59,880 bases of DNA from Minisyncoccota bacterium. Its GTDB lineage: Bacteria; Patescibacteriota; Minisyncoccia; Phycocordibacterales; CAIJYI01. A model generated the notes under the pieces. The model was given only the letters and a program-made list of their open reading frames with translations. It had not been told where the DNA came from and made no database searches. Both the position numbers and the translations under genes were made by a program. The stretch covers positions 1-59,880 of the forward strand of contig JALNYN010000004.1 of assembly GCA_023229825.1 (NCBI GenBank), given 5' to 3'. Of this stretch, positions 1 to 9,125 are shown piece after piece; the first letter of the stretch is position 1; each line of letters starts with the position of its first letter.

Positions 1-363
1 TTTGTGAACCACCGGAAACCATATGAAAAACCCCATTTTTCATTCCGCCGACTTGATCAACAATAACGTTTCCATCCAGTTTTCCTTTAATATTATATAT
101 GACTTTTACATCAAATTGTCCTTCTGCCCCTCGCCACGGTCTATCCGATTTGTTCCCAATTTGTGAGATAACTTTTCCAACAAATACGTTTTGTCCAAAG
201 CCGACCATTCCAATGTCTGAAAAAACATCATCGACATAACTTGGATTCATAACGGCAACCTGATAATGCTTTTGACCGGGCATAAGCCCAAATTTTAATC
301 CCGCGAACACAATGGCGCCTATGAGCAATAGTCCCTCAACAATATACCTTGTTTTTTTATTCA
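1..363 (-). CDS. Membrane-anchored/secreted hypothetical protein, paralogue of 674..1333 (C-terminal end runs off the window)
   Basis: Own translation from ATG at 363: MNKKTRYIVEGLLLIGAIVFAG... then VGFGQNVFVGKV...VIYNIKGKLDGNVIVDQVGGMKNG. This is colinear with VGFSDNIFIGKV...IISNIKGDFKGEVFVYQQGGYKNG of ORF 674..1333. Confidence 0.6.
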
Positions 364-395
364 TACAATTTAATTTTAAGTAAATTTACTAAAGT

Positions 396-614
396 TTAAT
401 GAGGTGTTTTATAGCAAGTCGATGCTGTCCAACAGTAGGTATAGTCCGCAATATCTTGAACTCCAAAACCCGTCTGATTCACAAGAGAATAATGCATTAT
501 GTTGCCGATATAACTGTGAGCCAGCCCAAGAGTGTGTCCGAGCTCATGCATCCCTGTGTGTTGAATTTGTATGGTCCTGGTATACCGACATAATAACACA
601 TCACACCACGATAA
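396..614 (-). pseudogene. Orphan 3' fragment of a metzincin (matrixin-like) metalloprotease gene
   Basis: It encodes ...HTGMHELGHTLGLAHSYIGNIMHYS...DYTYCW..., about 55% identical to the C-terminus of ORF 1354..3573 (HELGHALGLDHSYDGNIMYAY...DYTYCW). The frame is closed by a stop 5 codons upstream of the GTG, directly after a terminator. The N-terminal catalytic half is missing. Confidence 0.6.
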
Positions 615-623
615 TCAGTGGAA

Positions 624-653
624 AGAAAAAGTTCGACGTTTGCCGAACTTTTT
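624..653 (-). terminator. Rho-independent terminator after 674..1333
   Basis: Hairpin GTTCG-N8-CGAAC followed by a T-run on the minus strand. Confidence 0.5.
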
Positions 654-673
654 CACAATTTTTAGAGATTATT

Positions 674-1333
674 TTATTTAAATTTCTCAGCTTCAGACCT
701 CAACTCTTGCTGCTTTTCAACAGGAAGAGACAAAAAACTGTTTTCATTATCCACATGAAATTTAGAAATTTCTTCGTTTATGTACGCTTTTTTAAATTTT
801 ATCACAGTTTCGTTATTTTCTGAGTTTTTTTTCAGCAACTCATACGATGCATTATCATCCTTGCTGATTAATTCAATTGCATTCGGATGCGAAAGAAGTA
901 AATTCCCTTTTAGTATATGATTCTTTACTGTGGCAAAAACATAGGTATATCCAGGATGAAGCAAATAGCTTTCTGCTTTTCCTGAAACGATTTGATCCCC
1001 TCCCTCTACCACAAACAAAATTCCATTTTTATATCCGCCTTGTTGGTAAACAAAGACCTCACCCTTAAAATCTCCTTTTATATTTGAGATTATATCCACT
1101 GAATACTTAGTTACCGGAGCTTTTGCGAAATCCACTGTCTCAATTTCTTTATTAACTTTTCCAATAAATATATTATCGGAAAATCCTACAAGTATATTAT
1201 CTTTATTGAAATCCGCGACATAAACATTGTGTATATTTTTTGTCACAGGAAATTTTATAAAATTCGCATGAATCCCCGCCGTAAACACAAAAACGACCAT
1301 TAATATTACAGTTCCATATATATATATTTTCAT
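674..1333 (-). CDS. Membrane-anchored/secreted hypothetical protein, partner gene of the metzincin (possible inhibitor or immunity-like protein)
   Basis: 219-aa ORF with a hydrophobic N-terminus, 20 nt downstream of the metzincin gene. A paralogue lies at 1..363. Confidence 0.7.
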   Translation of the reverse strand: MKIYIYGTVILMVVFVFTAGIHANFIKFPVTKNIHNVYVADFNKDNILVGFSDNIFIGKVNKEIETVDFAKAPVTKYSVDIISNIKGDFKGEVFVYQQGGYKNGILFVVEGGDQIVSGKAESYLLHPGYTYVFATVKNHILKGNLLLSHPNAIELISKDDNASYELLKKNSENNETVIKFKKAYINEEISKFHVDNENSFLSLPVEKQQELRSEAEKFK

Positions 1334-1353
1334 AAATTTTATCTAATTTTTTA

Positions 1354-3522
1354 TTAATATTCCTGACAATTCATATCTATCCAACAGTAAGTATAGTCAG
1401 TTGTATCTTGGTCCCCTAAGGTTGTTTGTTCATCCATAAAAACATACGCATACATGATGTTTCCATCATAGCTGTGATCTAATCCTAGAGCATGTCCGAG
1501 CTCGTGTATTGCAACATGTTTTTTATTTTCATCTGTGAATGATTCCTGATCAAAATAATATTCGTTTAGCTCAATATCATCAGCCCCTATATTTGGAACA
1601 TATTGACCTGCCCAGCCAGATTGACCAAAATTATCATTAGAAATAGTCAGATCTTCATAATGATAAATATCATCATTGGCAATAAGTATTCCACTGGAGG
1701 TGCTGGTTCTTAGATTATTCCAAGTGTCAATGGCATAATTCCATGCAGTAGAGTATTTTGTACTACCGTCCCAACGAATTTCTTTGCCATGTTCAGAATC
1801 ATGATCAACAGAATTCCAATCATTAATATAATGTAATTTATAAGTAGTTCCATTCGCTGTATTTGAGTAATCAGACCAATTGTTAGCCTCATCAAACGCA
1901 AGCACCCTGTAGCGATATGTCGTGCTCGCAGTAAGTCCGGTATCGCTATATTCACTTACGGTTGAAGTGGCGACAAAGGCAAAATCGGAACACACTGATC
2001 CATTACATCTTTCGACACGATAACCTGCAACCGACCGATTATCGTTTGAACCAGCCCAATCTATATCAATATGAGAGGGTGAGATTGTTATTGCAGTCAG
2101 ATCTTCAGGGTCGGAGGGGGCAATGATATCAGGAATAGTCGGGTCATAAGTGAGAAACGGTATAAAACTAACATAATCACTCACCTCATTGTTATGATCA
2201 CCCGTCGGATTATACTTCGCATTATACGGCCCGCTCGAACTTCCCCAATAGTTATTCGTCGCAGTCGTTGTAGCCAAAGAAGGATTGTAATATGCTTGCG
2301 TTCCATTTCCAAAAAGCGAACTTTGGGTAAGGTTAGTTGTTCCCGCGCCATGTCTGATGCCATACGAGTAACCATTAGAAATGGTGGAAGTAGAGATAGT
2401 AAAAGTTCCGCCATTGTTATAGATATTAGCGGCATAATAGTCGCCTCCCCCGTAACGAATGGTCGCGTAGGAAAAATTGACGGTTCCGTTTGAAGCGGTG
2501 GTAATGCGTCCCCAATTGCCTCCCTCGGGAGTGGTAGTTGCTGAACTGTCTGTATCGTTTAATACGTCGTCTTTGATCGAAGTGAAGTAAATTTGATGGG
2601 TTGAATCTCCATTTGCCGTCAACGCCGCATTGTAGCCGACTTGCAGATATGCAGAGTTGTTCTCGAATTTTACCACGGCTCCGGGACTGACAGTGAGGGT
2701 ATGCCCGTAATTTACGGTATATCCTCCTGATATTATATACGGCAATCCGTCGGCAGACCATGTAGTATTCCTGCCGGTACCGCCTTGCATGACAAAACCG
2801 CGTTTGCCGTAACCGATGTCAGGATTTGAATTGCCGGAATTGGTTAAGGTGAGATAGGAAAGATTAAAAATTCCAGCTGCGGTTGCATTATTGGAAAAAG
2901 TCGAGCCGGTTATGGACACGGTTCCGCTAGATTGTGCATTAATCCCATATGTTCCATTGTCGGCTATAGTGCTCGTTGCGACATTCAAGGTACCGCTTGA
3001 ATGCAGTATGCCACTTGCCGAACTTGATGCGATAGTGGTGTTCTCGACATTAAAAGTTCCGCCGTAGTTGTATAAGTTTCCATAGGTATAGCTTCCTCCA
3101 TAGCGAACGATGGCGTAATGGAGATTTACTTGTCCCCCCGTCCATACTTGTATTCTTCCCCAGTTTCCGGGCTGTACCGGTGCGGAAACACCGTCGGTAT
3201 CTCCTCCGACGGTATCGTCTTTATAGGAAGTGAAATAAACCGGCGAATTTTCCGTGCCGTTGGCATTAACCGTGCCATCTACGATCATCGACGTGGTGGT
3301 CGCTTTGAATTTCACGACTACGCCCGGATCAATGGTAAGCGTTACGCCGGAATTTATCGTAACATCGCTTTCAACGACATATACACTTCCGGCGGTGGTC
3401 CAAGTTGTGTTTACGGAAATATTTCCGGAAACCGGAGTGTACGCAAAAACACTACCGGCTGGTAAAAACATTCCCAAAACGAAGACGAACGAAAACAAAA
3501 AGAGCGAAAGAAATCTTTTCAT
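1354..3522 (-). CDS. Secreted multidomain protein: parallel beta-helix repeats + fibronectin type III + C-terminal metzincin (M10/matrixin-like) Zn-protease
   Basis: Signal peptide MKRFLSLFLFSFVFVLGMFLPAGSVFA (start taken at the second Met; the ORF extends to 3573). There are two repeated G/N/T-rich beta-helix blocks. An FN3-like segment reads ...GYRVERCNGS...STTYRYRVLAFDEANNWS. The protease motif is HELGHALGLDHS with an IMY Met-turn. Confidence 0.8.
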   Translation of the reverse strand: MKRFLSLFLFSFVFVLGMFLPAGSVFAYTPVSGNISVNTTWTTAGSVYVVESDVTINSGVTLTIDPGVVVKFKATTTSMIVDGTVNANGTENSPVYFTSYKDDTVGGDTDGVSAPVQPGNWGRIQVWTGGQVNLHYAIVRYGGSYTYGNLYNYGGTFNVENTTIASSSASGILHSSGTLNVATSTIADNGTYGINAQSSGTVSITGSTFSNNATAAGIFNLSYLTLTNSGNSNPDIGYGKRGFVMQGGTGRNTTWSADGLPYIISGGYTVNYGHTLTVSPGAVVKFENNSAYLQVGYNAALTANGDSTHQIYFTSIKDDVLNDTDSSATTTPEGGNWGRITTASNGTVNFSYATIRYGGGDYYAANIYNNGGTFTISTSTISNGYSYGIRHGAGTTNLTQSSLFGNGTQAYYNPSLATTTATNNYWGSSSGPYNAKYNPTGDHNNEVSDYVSFIPFLTYDPTIPDIIAPSDPEDLTAITISPSHIDIDWAGSNDNRSVAGYRVERCNGSVCSDFAFVATSTVSEYSDTGLTASTTYRYRVLAFDEANNWSDYSNTANGTTYKLHYINDWNSVDHDSEHGKEIRWDGSTKYSTAWNYAIDTWNNLRTSTSSGILIANDDIYHYEDLTISNDNFGQSGWAGQYVPNIGADDIELNEYYFDQESFTDENKKHVAIHELGHALGLDHSYDGNIMYAYVFMDEQTTLGDQDTTDYTYCWIDMNCQEY

Positions 3523-3662
3523 TGTTTTATTGATTACTATTATTTTACTCTTGATCTTATAAAAATGATACATTTTGTTTTTTGCATCGAAAAAATTGGT
3601 TGATAAAAAATTCTCTATCTTTATCCTAGCAAAAGCGAGTTAACGTCCCGATAAATTTTTTT

Positions 3663-3692
3663 CACCAAAAAATCCCCAATGTATATGGGGAT
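3663..3692 (-). terminator. Rho-independent terminator after the response regulator
   Basis: ATCCCCA-N-TGGGGAT hairpin followed by a T-run on the minus strand. Confidence 0.55.
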
Positions 3693-3698
3693 TTTGAG

Positions 3699-4400
3699 TT
3701 ATCCACAGATTTCTTGTTCATCTTTCTTCAATGATATAGCCGTTCGGTTTTGTGCGAATGACGGCTTTTTTCTTCTTTGTTTCAATTTTTTGCGTAATTT
3801 CCAGATGTGAGATTCTAAGGTTTTTGTATTACTATCTGGCTGTTCTCCCCAAACTTTTTCCAATATCTCGGTTTTGAGGCAGACCTTTCCTTTATTCATT
3901 AGCAAGAAATTGAGCAGTTGATATTCTTGGTGTGTAAGAGGAACATTTTTTGCCCCGCATTTTATCGTTTGACTATCTGCGTTTAAAGTGAAACCGCAAG
4001 CTGACAAGATCAACGCGTCTTTTTTTCTGTCACGCAATTTTACTATTATTCTTGCATGCAATTCTTTAAACGTGAAGGGTTTTGTTATATAGTCATTCGC
4101 GCCCATCATTAAAAGTTCAACCTTGGTATCCGAATCAAACGTAGCGGACAGTACTATAATGGGAACATCGTTCCCTCTTTGCCTGATCTCGGCACAAATA
4201 TCTTGTCCGCTTTTATAAGGCAATCCGAGGTCTAAAATTATGATATCGTATGTATTGTTTTTTGCTTTTTCAGAACCGATATTGCCGTCTTCCGCCGTAT
4301 CGACAAAAAAACCTCGTTCCCCCAAACTATCTTTTAGAGCAAAAAGAGATTGCACATTATCTTCCACTATCAAAATTTTTTCCATATTATTATTTTGCAT
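3699..4400 (-). CDS. OmpR/PhoB-family response regulator (orphan; no kinase in the window)
   Basis: Receiver motifs ILIVEDN...DIIILDLGLP...KPF, plus a C-terminal winged helix (LTHQEYQLLNFLLMNKGKV...LESHIWKLRKKL). Confidence 0.85.
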   Translation of the reverse strand: MQNNNMEKILIVEDNVQSLFALKDSLGERGFFVDTAEDGNIGSEKAKNNTYDIIILDLGLPYKSGQDICAEIRQRGNDVPIIVLSATFDSDTKVELLMMGANDYITKPFTFKELHARIIVKLRDRKKDALILSACGFTLNADSQTIKCGAKNVPLTHQEYQLLNFLLMNKGKVCLKTEILEKVWGEQPDSNTKTLESHIWKLRKKLKQRRKKPSFAQNRTAISLKKDEQEICG

Positions 4401-4542
4401 TTTTAGTGTAGCAATTCGTTTGTCCGTCGTCCACTACGAATACCAAATCCAACTAACTGCTTCTCTTGTTTTTTGTGCGCCGAAATCGCTATTATATTCG
4501 TCGTACTTTAAGATTTATAAACTTTACAACTTGATGAACTCA

Positions 4543-4577
4543 ACAAAAAACAACACTTTTTTGAAGTGTTGTTTTTT
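4543..4577 (-). terminator. Bidirectional hairpin terminator after rpsR
   Basis: CAACACTT-TTTT-GAAGTGTTG flanked by an A-run and a T-run. Confidence 0.6.
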
Positions 4578-4581
4578 GTTG

Positions 4582-4812
4582 TTATCGTCCTACAAACGGG
4601 AGGAGCCCCATGAATCTGGCATTTTTTACGGCGAGCGCTAATTTTCTTTGGTTCTTCGTGCTCGTGCCGGTTTTCTTTCTGGAGATGATCCTGGCGTAAG
4701 GGTCGAGGAATTTTTTCAAAAGCTCGACGTCTTTGTAGTCGATGTGTTTGATGTTGTTAGAAGCAAAATAGCAGGGCTTCTTTTCGCGTTTTTGGTTCAT
4801 GTTTCCGTACAT
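4582..4812 (-). CDS. rpsR: 30S ribosomal protein S18
   Basis: IDYKDVELLKKFL...RKKTGTSTKNQRKLALAVKNARFMGLLPF, in the classic rpsF-ssb-rpsR context. Confidence 0.95.
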   Translation of the reverse strand: MYGNMNQKREKKPCYFASNNIKHIDYKDVELLKKFLDPYARIISRKKTGTSTKNQRKLALAVKNARFMGLLPFVGR

Positions 4813-4840
4813 TAAATTTATTTTCCCTTTAAATGATTAG

Positions 4841-5308
4841 CTAAAATGGTATTTCGTCCAAGTTGATCTCTTCGTCGGGATACTGAATGGTATCCACTTC
4901 TTGTTTTGGCGCACTTTGCGGTTTTTGACCGCCGTTTGATTGAGGCTGTTGATTCATTGGCGCGGCACCGCCTCCGGTTCCCGTCGGTCTCGGACCGAAC
5001 TGTACATGATCGGCGATTATTTCGGTGCGATAGTGTTTTACGTTGTCTTTATCCCAGCTTCTGGTCGTCATGCGTCCTTCAACCAATACCGAACTTCCTT
5101 TGGTCAAATATCTCGCCACATTTTCCGCCTGAGCTCCGAACACCACGATGTTGTGATAATCGGTTCCCTCTTGTCGAGCGCCGTTCTTGTCTTTCCAGAC
5201 GCGATTGGTCGCTACGGAGAACGTAGTAACTTTGGTACCCGATGGAATGGCTTTCATTTCCGGGTCTCTTGTTAAATTACCGATGACGATGGCTTTGTTT
5301 AAATACAT
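4841..5308 (-). CDS. ssb: Single-stranded DNA-binding protein
   Basis: OB-fold N-terminus MYLNKAIVIGNLTRDPE..., a Gly/Pro/Gln-rich linker and the acidic tip DEIPF. Confidence 0.95.
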   Translation of the reverse strand: MYLNKAIVIGNLTRDPEMKAIPSGTKVTTFSVATNRVWKDKNGARQEGTDYHNIVVFGAQAENVARYLTKGSSVLVEGRMTTRSWDKDNVKHYRTEIIADHVQFGPRPTGTGGGAAPMNQQPQSNGGQKPQSAPKQEVDTIQYPDEEINLDEIPF

Positions 5309-5365
5309 GCAAATTTTTCCTTGCCCTCCGTAGCTTTAGCGAAGGAGGGGCGCTTGTAACTCGCT

Positions 5366-5881
5366 TTATTCAATGATCAATCCTTCGAGTTCTTTGTCGA
5401 GCTCCACTTCATTCACGGCTTCTTTCGGAGCTTCTTCCTTCACCGCGCCTGCGGTTTCGGGCTGTTCTTTTTCCTTCATAAGCGGTTTTGCGATCGGCTT
5501 TCCCGCATAAGACGGTTTTCTGATAAGAGTGTTCTCCCGGATGGTTTTGATGATAGTGAAGCGCAGGACGTTTTCAAGAGATTCAATGGATTTCTTGATC
5601 ACCGCCACTGTTTTAGGATCGCCATCAAACTTCACCCATCCGAAATAAGCGTTTTCAAACTTGGTTTTCTTGTTTGAAAATACCTTGAACATCGGATAAG
5701 CCAAAGTGATAAGTCTTGGGTCCTCATCTGAGAACACCGTGCCACCAGCTTTTGCGATTTGTTCCTTAATAAGCGCCGTTTGAGCGGCCAAATCAGCCTC
5801 CTGTATGTAAGGAAGCAGCAAATAACCCACTTCATAGACGCGAAGCTCGGTCTCGAGCTCTATTTTTTCCTCGTTTTCCAT
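5366..5881 (-). CDS. rpsF: 30S ribosomal protein S6 with a charged C-terminal extension
   Basis: ...RVYEVGYLLLP...RLITLAYPM.... Start taken at MENEEK; the ORF-track N-terminal 40 aa look spurious. Confidence 0.85.
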   Translation of the reverse strand: MENEEKIELETELRVYEVGYLLLPYIQEADLAAQTALIKEQIAKAGGTVFSDEDPRLITLAYPMFKVFSNKKTKFENAYFGWVKFDGDPKTVAVIKKSIESLENVLRFTIIKTIRENTLIRKPSYAGKPIAKPLMKEKEQPETAGAVKEEAPKEAVNEVELDKELEGLIIE

Positions 5882-6025
5882 AGGACGAATACTAACAAAG
5901 ATTTGGGAGAAATGCAAATTTTGGGCTATTGCAGAACATACCAATATACGAATGGGTACCAATATACAAATGGATACGAATACGGACGACATCGTTAGCA
6001 TTCGTTAGTCTTTTGTGTGTTGTAT

Positions 6026-6808
6026 CTATATGTTAAAAGCGCGAAAAGCATTTCGCACCATCGCTTCTCGGACCATTTCGAGGTCTTGTTCTTTAATATT
6101 GGCAATGACCTTAACAACCTCTTCCACGTACACGGGTTCATTCCTTTTTCCTCGATACGGGACAGGGGCGACATAAGGACAGTCGGTCTCGGATAAAATT
6201 TTGTCCAAAGGGGCGTATTTTACCGTTTCGTCATAATTTCTGGCAAATGTCAGCACGCCGGTAAAAGAGATCGTAAAATCGAGATCAAAATATTTTTTTG
6301 CGGTTTCGGGGCCTTCGGAGAAAAAGTGGATGTTTCCGCGAAGTTTTTCGCTGTATTCTTTCTTTTTTGACTCCAAGATTTGGAGGAGATCAGGGTGAGC
6401 GTCGCGGCAGTGGATCATGAGAGGTAAAGCGTTGGAAACGGCCAGATCGATATGTTTTTCAAAAAGCGCGGTTTGCCGAACTGCTTCCTCTACCCTTTTC
6501 TCCTCCGGAACGCGGGAAAAATCGAGCCCGCATTCTCCGATCGCGACGACTTTCTTTTCACTCGCGAATTTTCGATAGATCGCTTCATCAAAAATTTCAT
6601 CAGCATCATCGGTCGGATGGAGTCCGATCGCGGCGTACAACCCTTCGTTTGCCCGTGCCAGCGTTATGGCGTCTTCTGACATTTTTCGATCGGTACCGAC
6701 CACCAAAGACCACACGCCGCGCTCCTTCATGCGCGACAAAACTTCCGCACGATCACCATCGAAACGCGCATCGTTGAGATGGGAGTGGGAATCGAAAAAG
6801 AGAGGCAT
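6026..6808 (-). CDS. tatD: TatD-family metal-dependent hydrolase/DNase
   Basis: N-terminal FDSHSHL motif, ...IGECGLD..., IHCRDA, ETDCPY. Confidence 0.9.
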   Translation of the reverse strand: MPLFFDSHSHLNDARFDGDRAEVLSRMKERGVWSLVVGTDRKMSEDAITLARANEGLYAAIGLHPTDDADEIFDEAIYRKFASEKKVVAIGECGLDFSRVPEEKRVEEAVRQTALFEKHIDLAVSNALPLMIHCRDAHPDLLQILESKKKEYSEKLRGNIHFFSEGPETAKKYFDLDFTISFTGVLTFARNYDETVKYAPLDKILSETDCPYVAPVPYRGKRNEPVYVEEVVKVIANIKEQDLEMVREAMVRNAFRAFNI

Positions 6809-6825
6809 GCGTTTGAAGAGAATAG

Positions 6826-6906
6826 AAAATAGAGAATTGAGAATAGAACATGAAAAACTATCTTCGTTTATGTTTTTTCTATTCTCTATTTTCTATTCTC
6901 TATTTC
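6826..6906. repeat. Stuttered-arm hairpin, word family AGAATAGAAAATAGAG (copy A1)
   Basis: The left arm gaagagaatagaaaatagagaattgagaatagaa is the inverted complement of the right arm ttctattctctattttctattctctatttc. The same word family occurs at 9061..9125 and 12452..12548. Confidence 0.8.
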
Positions 6907-6917
6907 GAACTTTTGTT

Positions 6918-7499
6918 TTATCCTCCTAAGAAATTGTAAGTCGTGGACACGCCAAGGCCTTTTACTATGGCGTGAACGATGAGCCATGCGGCGAGGGCAA
7001 TGCAAAGACCGAGCGCGACCGTACCGAAGATCTCATGCGCTTGTTTTATATTGCCTTCATTGCCTGCGGCGGAAAGATACAGCCAGCCAGCCCACGCGAA
7101 CGAAATGGCGGCGAGAGGAACAGCGAGAACGAACAAAAGGAAGTTCATGATGCGCTGCAAGAGATCTATAAACGCCTGAAAATTACACTCCATGGGATCA
7201 TTTCCTTTGCCGCACTGGACCAATCCGCCCCCGTTAGACGTCGCTGAACCGGTGGGTGCCGGAGTAGAGGAACAGCACCAAAGACCGGAGGGCTGACCTG
7301 ACTGATTGAGACAAGTACCGTATGCGGGCAAAAATCCTGCACAACCGCTCACGAGGCACGCTCCGCTGCATGGTGTCTGAGCCTCAGCTTCTTTTGCAAA
7401 AGAAAAAAACGAGGAAGAGAAAGCGTAAGCAAAAACGAAGAGCATAAAAAGCGACAAAACACCGCTTAAAAAGTTTCGAGAGATATTTAAATTTTTCAT
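6918..7499 (-). CDS. TrbC/VirB2-like (T4SS-pilin-like) two-TM protein with a Cys-rich N-terminal domain
   Basis: Signal/TM segment, a Cys-rich region (CSGACLVSGCAG...CC), ...LVQCGKGNDPMEC..., then two TM helices separated by SAAGNEGNIKQAHE. The pattern resembles pilin-like proteins common in CPR genomes. Confidence 0.5.
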   Translation of the reverse strand: MKNLNISRNFLSGVLSLFMLFVFAYAFSSSFFSFAKEAEAQTPCSGACLVSGCAGFLPAYGTCLNQSGQPSGLWCCSSTPAPTGSATSNGGGLVQCGKGNDPMECNFQAFIDLLQRIMNFLLFVLAVPLAAISFAWAGWLYLSAAGNEGNIKQAHEIFGTVALGLCIALAAWLIVHAIVKGLGVSTTYNFLGG

Positions 7500-7560
7500 A
7501 AAATTATTTTTGTAATTTCAAATTTTACCAATGCGTCTGCTACTCTCCCATCATACCATT

Positions 7561-9060
7561 TTATTTTCTCGGGAACAGTGGGGTATCCACAGTTTTTACC
7601 GTGAAAGATGTTGTATCGATTTTTGGCGAACCGAGAAGCTCGTGAATTTTTTCGGATGTTTCCGGCATGAACGGCGAAAGCATATCGGCTGCGGCGTTAA
7701 TTCCAAAAAGAAGGTTCGCTAAAACCGCTTCGGTCCTCTCTTTATCGGTTTTTACAAGTTTGTAGGGCTCATAGTCGGTGATGTAGCCATCGAGCCGTTT
7801 CAAGAGCACCCAAACGGTCTCGGCCGCTTTTCCGAGTTCGTATTGTTCCATGTGCCGGTCATACGTTGGTAAAATTTCCTCTTCGAGATATTTTTTTACC
7901 GACATGCCGTCTTTGAACGGCACCTCAACACCGTTCTTTTCTGAAATTTTTCCTTCAAAATATTGATTCGCCATTTTGAGAACGCGCGAGATCAGATTTC
8001 CGAGACTGTTGGCGAGATGAGAATTATACCCTTCCAGAAATTTTTCTTCCGTAAAATCGCTATCCTCAAAAAAAGAAATTTGAGAGATCAAATAAAATCG
8101 GAGGGCGTCTGTGCCGTATTTTTCTGCGAGCGAAAAAGGATCAACGACATTTCCTGTGCTTTTTGACATTTTTCGTCCTCCGCTGTTGATGAAACCGTGA
8201 ATGAGAATTTGTTTGGACGCGGGAAGACCGGCAGAAAGAAGCATTGCCTGCCACATCGCTGATTGCTGGCGGAGATTGTCTTTGCCCGCGACCTGCGTGC
8301 CCGGCCACCATGTATTGAATTTTTGTTCATCTTCAGGCCATCCGATAGCGGAAATATAATTGACGAGCGCATCGAACCACACGTACATGACGTGCGCTGG
8401 ATCATCCGGTACGGCGATCCCCCACGGCATTTTTTCTTTGAGGCGGGAGATGCTGAAGTCTTCGAGACCTCCTTCGACAAAGGTCCTGATCTCTTTCAAA
8501 CGCGATGCGGGCAAAACAAAATCCGGGCATTCTTTATATAATGAGAGTAATTTTTCCTGATATTTTGAAAAACGGAAAAAATAATTTTCCTCGTTGATGA
8601 CCTCTATGTCGCGCGTCGGGTGGATGGGACACTTTCCGTCGACGAGTTCGCTGTCCGTCTTTTCCAGTTCGCATCCGATGCAATACTTCACTTGATAATT
8701 CTTTTTGTAAATGTCGTCCGCAGCAAGGCACCGTCTCCAAAATTCCTGCGCCGCTGCGACGTGGTGTGCGTCCGTCGTGCGGATAAAATTATTATAGCTT
8801 AAATTCAGCGCGGTTTTCAGACGGTCGAACCTCGCGGCATATTCGTCCACATAGGCCTGTACTTCCATATTCTCTTCTTCTGCTTTGCGATAGATCTTTA
8901 CGCCGTGCTCGTCAGTACCGGTGTTAAAGAAAACTTCGTCTCCACATTTCGCTCGATAGCGCGCGATCGCGTCCGCGTGAACGATCTCCAAAGCAAAACC
9001 GATATGAGGATCGGCGTTTACATACGGAAGCGTAGTGGTGATGTAAAATTTTTCTGACAT
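7561..9060 (-). CDS. metG: Methionyl-tRNA synthetase (short form, no C-terminal tRNA-binding domain)
   Basis: TTTLPYVNADPHIGF (HIGH region) and KMSKSTGNVV. Confidence 0.95.
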   Translation of the reverse strand: MSEKFYITTTLPYVNADPHIGFALEIVHADAIARYRAKCGDEVFFNTGTDEHGVKIYRKAEEENMEVQAYVDEYAARFDRLKTALNLSYNNFIRTTDAHHVAAAQEFWRRCLAADDIYKKNYQVKYCIGCELEKTDSELVDGKCPIHPTRDIEVINEENYFFRFSKYQEKLLSLYKECPDFVLPASRLKEIRTFVEGGLEDFSISRLKEKMPWGIAVPDDPAHVMYVWFDALVNYISAIGWPEDEQKFNTWWPGTQVAGKDNLRQQSAMWQAMLLSAGLPASKQILIHGFINSGGRKMSKSTGNVVDPFSLAEKYGTDALRFYLISQISFFEDSDFTEEKFLEGYNSHLANSLGNLISRVLKMANQYFEGKISEKNGVEVPFKDGMSVKKYLEEEILPTYDRHMEQYELGKAAETVWVLLKRLDGYITDYEPYKLVKTDKERTEAVLANLLFGINAAADMLSPFMPETSEKIHELLGSPKIDTTSFTVKTVDTPLFPRK

Positions 9061-9125
9061 ATTTTTCTTCTTGTTTCTATTTTCTATTATCTATTTTCTA
9101 TTATCTATTTTCTATTTTCTTTTTT
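9061..9125. repeat. Tandem TTCTATTTTCTATTATCTATT word repeat (copy A2)
   Basis: ttctattttctattatctattttctattatctattttctattttc fills the metG/AI-2E gap and encodes the last codons (KKKIENR*) of the upstream gene. Confidence 0.75.

Noticed and set aside
3699-4400. Response regulator as a dedicated regulator of the adjacent metzincin locus.
   Set aside because: A terminator separates the two, no sensor kinase is present and no shared operator-like repeats were seen. The link cannot be supported from sequence alone.
5882-6001. N-terminal extensions suggested by the ORF track: rpsF 5882..6001, 12433..12501, recO 13138..13326, 20623..20700, folA 27152..27232 and 3523..3573.
   Set aside because: The extensions overlap repeats or upstream genes, lack RBSs and are absent from the conserved N-termini of these families. 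Internal starts with SD-like sequences or conserved N-termini were preferred.
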